A stretch of 64,000 nucleotides of DNA, taken from NCBI GenBank assembly GCA_964569985.1, contig CAZMWL010000022.1, forward strand, positions 2,328 through 66,327, written 5' to 3'. Both the position numbers and the translations under genes were made by a program. Below, one piece after another: positions 58,481 to 64,000 of the stretch (position 1 is the stretch's first letter; each line of letters opens with the position of its first letter). The notes under the pieces are model-generated. The model was given only the letters and a program-made list of their open reading frames with translations. It was not told the origin of the DNA and did not search any database. The DNA is from an uncultured Terracidiphilus sp. Its GTDB lineage: Bacteria; Acidobacteriota; Terriglobia; Terriglobales; Acidobacteriaceae.

Positions 58481-58944
58481 TTACCCGCGGGGTCTTCCAC
58501 CATTTCGATCAAGATTCCGAATGCGCTCTCGGCCTTCGACTTGGGATGCACAAAAAACACCGTCGTTCCCCGCGAGCCTTTGCGCGGAGCCTCGTCAATG
58601 AGCTGAAATCCTTCGGCGCGCATCGCCGTGAACGCGTGCTGGGCACTCTCCACGCGGAATGCCACATGCGCCAATCCGCCGCGCCCGCCGTTCTTGTCGA
58701 TCAGCTTCTGCACCGGCGAATCCACCGTCAACGGCTCGAGCAGTTGGATCAGGTTCGGGCCGTTTCCGATCTGCAACAGCGCCTCGCGCACCTGGTCCCG
58801 TCCGTGCACCTCTTCGCGATGAATCTCCTTAAATCCCAAGGCCTCGTACGCCTTCACCTGGCCCTCAAGCTCGCCCTGCTTGACTGCGATCGCTACGTGA
58901 TCCACGAACTGAATCCCGGGAACATTCTTGAGCTCTGCTTGCAC
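58477..58944 (-). CDS. mce: Methylmalonyl-CoA epimerase (VOC family)
   Basis: DHVAIAV, IQLLEP, GLAHVAF, FFVHPKS...GILIEMVE; GTG start after AAAGGA. Confidence 0.9.
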   Translation of the reverse strand: MQAELKNVPGIQFVDHVAIAVKQGELEGQVKAYEALGFKEIHREEVHGRDQVREALLQIGNGPNLIQLLEPLTVDSPVQKLIDKNGGRGGLAHVAFRVESAQHAFTAMRAEGFQLIDEAPRKGSRGTTVFFVHPKSKAESAFGILIEMVEDPAGK

Positions 58945-58984
58945 GCCGTTCCTTTCAATCTCTGGGGCCGAACTCCCGCCCGGC

Positions 58985-59359
58985 CTACTCAAGCTCCACC
59001 AGCAATTGATTCACTTTCACTGGATCGCCCTGCTTCGCATGCACGCTCTTCACTGTTGCCGCGCGCGGCGCCGTCACTTTGGTCTCCATCTTCATTGCTT
59101 CCAGAACGAGCAGCGGCGCGCCCGCCTCCACAACCTGTCCCGGCTCGACGTAGACCTTGATCACCAGCCCCATCACCGGGCTGGTGCAAAGCTTTTCCTC
59201 CGCATCCCACGTGCCGCCCGGGTTCTGTGTGTGGCCACTCGCCGCGTCATGCGCCGCGTGGTGGGGCAGGTAGTCCGGCGTCTGCTGGCTCTCGTCATCC
59301 TCCAGAAGCTCTACGTCCACTGCGTACGCTTTGCCATCAATCGTGATCTGAAGCTTCAA
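58985..59359 (-). CDS. Biotin carboxyl carrier protein (transcarboxylase 1.3S-like)
   Basis: KLQITIDGKAYAVDVE and EAMKME; TTG start after AAAGGA. Confidence 0.9.
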   Translation of the reverse strand: MKLQITIDGKAYAVDVELLEDDESQQTPDYLPHHAAHDAASGHTQNPGGTWDAEEKLCTSPVMGLVIKVYVEPGQVVEAGAPLLVLEAMKMETKVTAPRAATVKSVHAKQGDPVKVNQLLVELE

Positions 59360-59396
59360 CCTGCTGCTTCCTTTCTCGCAAAATCGCTCTGCGCGC

Positions 59397-59846
59397 TCAT
59401 CCTCGTTGCCGCAGGTTGTGCGAGGTCTGCACAATCACCCGTCCCTGCTGCGCCCACGCACCCGCTTGATCCTGTGGAGCGGGCAGCAATTGTGCCGAGC
59501 GCACCTTCGCCTTCTTGCCCAGGAATGCCGTCGCCGCGGCAGTCAGCGCGGCCACGATCTCCGGCTTGGTCTGCGCCTGCTTCGGCTGACTTGCGGTTTC
59601 CGCCGACGCGGTAATTACGGCCACTTCGCCCACCACCGCCCGCGCTGCCTGCTGCCGGCCCAGTTCCGCCACGCGCGCCTGCAAGGCCTTCACCGTGGTT
59701 GCCATGGCATTCATCTGCCGCTCCATGTCGCGCTGCTGTTCTCGCACGGCACGCCGCAGAACGCGCTCCAGTCCGGCATAAATCGCCGCGCAGCCCACGC
59801 CGGCAATCACCGTCATCAATGCCCAATCTGTCCCATGCAGCTTCAT
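59397..59846 (-). CDS. Membrane-anchored accessory subunit (OadG/MmdD-like)
   Basis: N-terminal TM helix, EIVAALTAA, AWAQQGR; lies between the carboxyltransferase and the biotin carrier. Confidence 0.6.
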   Translation of the reverse strand: MKLHGTDWALMTVIAGVGCAAIYAGLERVLRRAVREQQRDMERQMNAMATTVKALQARVAELGRQQAARAVVGEVAVITASAETASQPKQAQTKPEIVAALTAAATAFLGKKAKVRSAQLLPAPQDQAGAWAQQGRVIVQTSHNLRQRG

Positions 59847-59895
59847 GCGCGTCCTTTCATGTGGCGGCGCGAAACTTTGCCGCCGGGCCTCCAGC

Positions 59896-61470
59896 CTAAA
59901 GTGGAATCAATCCATGCTTCTTTTGCGGACGCAGTTCGCGCTTCCCGTGCAGCGACTCCAGTGCCCGCGCCACCACTCTCCGCGTCTCCGCAGGCTCGAT
60001 AATGTCGTCCACCAACCTTCGTCCCGCCGCAACATACGGATTCGCGAAGGTTTCGCGGTACTCGTCCACCAGTTCCTTGCGCCGAATCGTCTCGTCTGCG
60101 GCCCCGTCAATCTCTCTGCGAAATACGATCTCGGCCGCGCCCTCGGCTCCCATCACCGCAATCTCTGCCGTGGGCCACGCCAGCACGCGATCCGCGCCCA
60201 GCCCCCGCGAGCACATGGCGATGTACGCGCCGCCGTAGGCCTTGCGCAGCACCACCGTAATCTTCGGCACCGTCGCCGCCGAATACGCAAAAAGCAGCTT
60301 GGCCCCGTGACGGATAATCCCGCCGCGCTCCTGCTCCACGCCCGGCAAAAATCCCGGCACATCCACAAACGTGAGCAGGGGAATGTTGAAGGCGTTGCAA
60401 AAGCGCACGAACCGCGCCGACTTGTCTGAAGCATCGATATCCAGCGCTCCCGCCATAACGCACGGTTGGTTGGCCACAATTCCTACGGTTCGCCCTTGCA
60501 CTCGTCCAAAACCAATAAAAATATTCGCGGCGAATCCCGGCTGAATCTCCAGAAAATCCTCGTTGTCCACCACGCGCACAATCACGTCGCGCACATCGTA
60601 GGCTACCTTCGGATCCACGGGAACAATCTTGTTCAGCTCCGCGTCGGATTTCAGCCGCCCGCTAAAGGTTTGGTGCGGCGGATCTTCCAGATTATTCGAG
60701 GGCAGAAAGCTCAACAGCCGCTTGCAAAGTTCAACGGCCTCCTGGTCGTCGCGCGCAATCAAATGCACCACGCCGGAGTAGTTCATTTGCGAATGCGGTC
60801 CGCCCAACTCCTCGGCGCTCACCTCTTCGCCCGTCACCTGCTTGATCACCTGCGGGCCGGTGATGAACATGCGCGCCTGTTCGGTCTGGATCACGAAGTC
60901 CGTCAGCGCCGGGCTGTAGGCCGCGCCGCCGGCGCACGGTCCGCAAATCAGCGCAATCTGCGGCACCGTTCCTGAAAGCATCACGTTGTTGTAGAAAACA
61001 CGCGCGTATCCGGCCAGGCTGTCGATCCCCTCCTGCACGCGCGCTCCGCCCGAGTCGTTGATAAAGACAAACGGGCTGCCCGTCTTCAAGCTCATGGACA
61101 TCATGTCGGCCACTTTTTGGCAATGCGTTTCGCCGGCCGCGCCGCCGGCCACCGTGAAGTCCTGGCTCGCCAGGTGCACCAGCCGTCCGTCGACGGTTGC
61201 GCATCCTGTCACCACGCCGTCGGCGGGCAGTTCCTTGTCCGCCATGCCGAAGTACGTGGCCCTGTGCCGCGAAAACAGCCCGATCTCTTCAAAGCTGCCC
61301 TTGTCCACAAGCCGGTCCACACGCTCGCGCGCGGTCAGCTTGCCCGATTTATGCTGCCGGCCGATGCGCTCCTGGCCGCCGCCCAACTCCAGCTCCGCGC
61401 GTTTCGTCTCCAGCTCCGCAATCTTGTCGTCCATGCTTTTCTTTGGCGTCGTTTCTTCCTGAGTCAGCAT
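59896..61470 (-). CDS. Methylmalonyl/propionyl-CoA carboxyltransferase (transcarboxylase 12S-like)
   Basis: GKLTARER, ADGVVTG, QDFTV.GG, DSGGARVQEG, DVPGFLPG, KAYGGAY, KKHGLIPL. Confidence 0.93.
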   Translation of the reverse strand: MLTQEETTPKKSMDDKIAELETKRAELELGGGQERIGRQHKSGKLTARERVDRLVDKGSFEEIGLFSRHRATYFGMADKELPADGVVTGCATVDGRLVHLASQDFTVAGGAAGETHCQKVADMMSMSLKTGSPFVFINDSGGARVQEGIDSLAGYARVFYNNVMLSGTVPQIALICGPCAGGAAYSPALTDFVIQTEQARMFITGPQVIKQVTGEEVSAEELGGPHSQMNYSGVVHLIARDDQEAVELCKRLLSFLPSNNLEDPPHQTFSGRLKSDAELNKIVPVDPKVAYDVRDVIVRVVDNEDFLEIQPGFAANIFIGFGRVQGRTVGIVANQPCVMAGALDIDASDKSARFVRFCNAFNIPLLTFVDVPGFLPGVEQERGGIIRHGAKLLFAYSAATVPKITVVLRKAYGGAYIAMCSRGLGADRVLAWPTAEIAVMGAEGAAEIVFRREIDGAADETIRRKELVDEYRETFANPYVAAGRRLVDDIIEPAETRRVVARALESLHGKRELRPQKKHGLIPL

Positions 61471-61549
61471 CTCTTCACCTGGGGAAAATTGCGCAAACTC
61501 CCACTTTCTGCGCACGAAAGGCGCACTTTACCCTTGTCACACCGCCGTC

Positions 61550-61593
61550 ATTCTATGCCCCGGGATGAAAGCCGGGATGTGACCCCGTTCACG
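61550..61593 (-). promoter_or_regulatory. Putative class II CRP/FNR-type promoter of the methylmalonyl-CoA operon
   Basis: TGTGA-CCCCGT-TCACG at 61578-61593; TAGAAT on the minus strand at 61555-61550. Confidence 0.5.
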
Positions 61594-61821
61594 TTCCACA
61601 AGCCCAAGGAAGCAGGAGGGTTACCCGCCAATGCAAGTGCCGAAGGCTGGCCTTTCCTGAGGCCGCAAATGCCCGGCTTGAGGGTGACGGCGGACGCACG
61701 GCTGAGCGGGGCAGCATCGGCGGCCGAGTTGAGCTCAGAACCTTCGCTTTTTCAGTTGCATACAGAAAGGGCGCGACACGGCTCATAAAAGCCGGTCACG
61801 CCCATCGCAAGAGTCTTCCCG

Positions 61822-61860
61822 GGCCCCATCCTTGCGACGTTTTCTGTCGCAAGAGTGGGA
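61822..61860 (+). repeat. REP-like palindrome variant
   Basis: GCCCCATCCTTGCGAC-GTTTTCT-GTCGCAAGAGTGGGA. Confidence 0.75.
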
Positions 61861-61896
61861 GAACATGATCGCTGGTTACACCATCTCTGGTTCTGC

Positions 61897-63186
61897 TCAG
61901 GAAAACCGCGTCCTTCTCCACAGCAACGTTCCGCACAACCCCAGCGGAATGATCGTGCCCACAATCAGCACCACCATCCACGGGAAGTTTAGCTGCAGGT
62001 GTTGCGTGCGCGTGCCCACCGCCAGCCACACAAAAATCCCCGTGGCAACAACCATGATGAGCACTTCCCACCAGCGCCGCGGATGCTTGTGGTCGGCCAA
62101 TGGATCGTTGCCGCCCACCACCGCGGCCACATTTTCCCTGTCGAGGCCATAACGATCGCATTCGCGATGCATCGCCGCGTTCCAGTTCTCCATTTCGGAG
62201 GGTGGCGGCTCGGCCATGCTGATCGACAACGCGCCCGCAATCATAATGGTCGACCCGGTGAGAATCAGCAGCCGTCCGCCCATGGCCAATCCCGCGAACT
62301 CGCCAAACACCAGCGCGCCCCACGCCAATCCCCAAAGCTGGTTGGTGTTGGAGAGCGGAATGCCCCGCCCGATGCCGATGTACTTGGCCGCGTATTGCTG
62401 GAACAAGTCGCCGATCACCCAGCAGAAGCCGCCCACAAACGGCCAGAACAGCATGGTTCGCGCCAGGTGGAGTTGCACCAGCACCTGAGACGCGCCACCG
62501 CAGTTGATGGCTGTAAGCAGACTCACAGTTCCCAGTTCGCCAAATGTGAAAATGGTCACGAATGACAGCGGGTTCATGCCGCTGATGTAGGCCTTGCGGT
62601 AGGGGATGTACATCGTGCCCAACAGCACACCCGCGCCCAGTGCGGCGATGATGCCGGTGGCCGCCTTGCCCGGCGTGCCCGCATTTTGCTGCGCAGTGGC
62701 CAAGGCCAGCACCGCGGCGCCAAACACAATCGCCGCCGCGCCGCCCACCACCTTGGCCCAGTTCTTCGCCTTGGATCCGCGCAGTTCCTTGAACAGCAGG
62801 CAGCCCCAGAAGAGTCCCACCAAACTGTTCGTGTTCCACAGCGGAAACGCAATGGCCAGGCCCACGTTGCGCACGCCGAAAATGGTGAGCGTATTGGCGA
62901 CGGCCCATAGCATTCCAGCCAGCAGCGCCCACACAATCAGGTGCGGCTTTTCGCGCAGGTCGTTGAACAGAAATCCCGTGCCCTTCAGCATCGTGGGAAC
63001 CGTCCAGCGCGCAACAAACGCGCCCATCACCATCCCCATGGAGATGATGAAGGGAGAGAATCCCGCGTTCACCAGCTTGGTGGGCGCTTCCGCGCTGCCC
63101 AGCCACACCGCGGCTGACAGTCCGCAGAACACGCCCAGTTTGTGCAACGAGATTGTCGACCGCGCCGCAACGACGCCCTGGCTCAT
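61897..63186 (-). CDS. DMT/GRP-family sugar transporter
   Basis: Two EamA-like halves (VGLAIAFPLWNTN; IGIGRGIPLSNTN; WG.L.F.E). Confidence 0.8.
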   Translation of the reverse strand: MSQGVVAARSTISLHKLGVFCGLSAAVWLGSAEAPTKLVNAGFSPFIISMGMVMGAFVARWTVPTMLKGTGFLFNDLREKPHLIVWALLAGMLWAVANTLTIFGVRNVGLAIAFPLWNTNSLVGLFWGCLLFKELRGSKAKNWAKVVGGAAAIVFGAAVLALATAQQNAGTPGKAATGIIAALGAGVLLGTMYIPYRKAYISGMNPLSFVTIFTFGELGTVSLLTAINCGGASQVLVQLHLARTMLFWPFVGGFCWVIGDLFQQYAAKYIGIGRGIPLSNTNQLWGLAWGALVFGEFAGLAMGGRLLILTGSTIMIAGALSISMAEPPPSEMENWNAAMHRECDRYGLDRENVAAVVGGNDPLADHKHPRRWWEVLIMVVATGIFVWLAVGTRTQHLQLNFPWMVVLIVGTIIPLGLCGTLLWRRTRFS

Positions 63187-63190
63187 CCCG

Positions 63191-63292
63191 TCACCTCAGC
63201 GTCATCAACAGCGCGGTTCCCAGAATCAGCACGACCACGGGCACCCACAGATGCACGTCGGTCAGGATGGCCATCAGGCGCGATTGTTTCAA
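63191..63292 (-). CDS. Small single-TM protein (33 aa), absent from the ORF track
   Basis: MKQSRLMAILTDVHLWVPVVVLILGTALLMTLR*; TTG overlaps the iolG stop, GGAGG upstream; alternative ATG at 63274. Confidence 0.7.
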   Translation of the reverse strand: MKQSRLMAILTDVHLWVPVVVLILGTALLMTLR

Positions 63293-64000
63293 GCTTCCAC
63301 CTCCGTCAATTTCACCGGCCGGTTCTCGTCGAAAGACTTGCGCGCCGCCATCGCCATGATCACCGGCACGCGGCTATCGGCGCCCGTCACTGGCACAGGC
63401 TTGCCATCCAGCACCGCATGCGTGAACTGCCTTAGCTCTTCCGCAAAACTGTCCGTGTAACGATCCATGAAAAAATTCAACGGCAGATCGCTGTAGACGG
63501 CCTTTCCCGTGCTCACCACAACCTGGTTGGGGAAGCGGTTCTCCGAAGCGATCTTGCCTTCGGTGCCCAGGATCTCCACGCGTTGGTCGTAACCGAACAC
63601 CGCCTTGCGACTGTTGTCAATCGTCCCAATTGCCCCGCTGCGGTAGCGCAGCGTGACCACGGCGGTGTCCACGTCGCCCAGTTCGCCGATGGCCGGATCT
63701 GCCATCACGCCGGCTGCCGCGTACACCTCTTCCACTTCGTCGCCGGTCAAAAAACGCGCCATATCGAAATCGTGAATCATCATGTCCAGGAACATTCCTC
63801 CCGACAAGCGCACAAACTCGATGGGCGGAGGCAGGGGATCGCGGCTGGTGATGTGCACCAGGCACGGCTTGCCGATCTCGCCGCTGATCACGGCCTTCCG
63901 CACCCGCGCGTAATTCGTATCGAAGCGCCGGTTGAAGCCGATCTGCAGCTTCACGCCGGCTTTCTCCACTGCTGCCAGCGCTGCATCGATCTGCTTGAGA
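63289..64000 (-). CDS. iolG: Inositol 2-dehydrogenase (Gfo/Idh/MocA), 5' end outside the window
   Basis: QIGFNRRFD, ITSRDP, SGGMFLDMMIHDFDMARF, GYDQRVE. Confidence 0.88.
   Translation of the reverse strand, partial: LKQIDAALAAVEKAGVKLQIGFNRRFDTNYARVRKAVISGEIGKPCLVHITSRDPLPPPIEFVRLSGGMFLDMMIHDFDMARFLTGDEVEEVYAAAGVMADPAIGELGDVDTAVVTLRYRSGAIGTIDNSRKAVFGYDQRVEILGTEGKIASENRFPNQVVVSTGKAVYSDLPLNFFMDRYTDSFAEELRQFTHAVLDGKPVPVTGADSRVPVIMAMAARKSFDENRPVKLTEVEA

Noticed and set aside
61480..61800. Cobalamin riboswitch upstream of the B12-dependent mutase operon
   Set aside because: Conserved B12-box motifs (GGGAA, CCCGC.ACTGT, GCCACTG, AG.CAG.A.ACC) could not be found on the minus strand.
19134..61860. 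CRISPR array or integron attC sites from the palindromic repeats
   Set aside because: Copies are dispersed, have no regular spacers or RYYYAAC/GTTRRRY ends, and no cas or intI gene is present.

Overview
GC-rich bacterial chromosomal window. Gene style (Oar-type TonB-dependent receptor, VOC-RibH fusion, abundant palindromic repeats) suggests an Acidobacteriota genome; this is inference. In order: a GntR/MFS/TonB-receptor/glycoside hydrolase sugar locus; tRNA-Pro, tRNA-His and tRNA-Arg; ABC-F; peptidoglycan enzymes; dusB-rpmE; an ~11 kb phage-derived module; S9 peptidase; ribH-nusB; surface-glycan modification genes; an FAD/Fe-S oxidoreductase; iscS-mnmA; rfbD; a methylmalonyl-CoA (transcarboxylase-like/mutase) operon; and the end of an inositol/sugar operon. 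The most striking item is the module at 17512-28728. It has a small basic protein, a 2356-aa tailspike-like protein and a 577-aa fibre-like protein (both with apparent signal peptides), and an intact terminase large subunit. No integrase, portal or capsid gene is present in the window, so it is a candidate domesticated, GTA-like system. Other oddities: a displaced duplicate of the dusB 3' end flanking an inserted gene, palindromic and heptamer repeats inserted in frame in enzymes, many apparently leaderless genes, and an unannotated small membrane ORF. All calls come from motif recognition by eye; no database searches were run.
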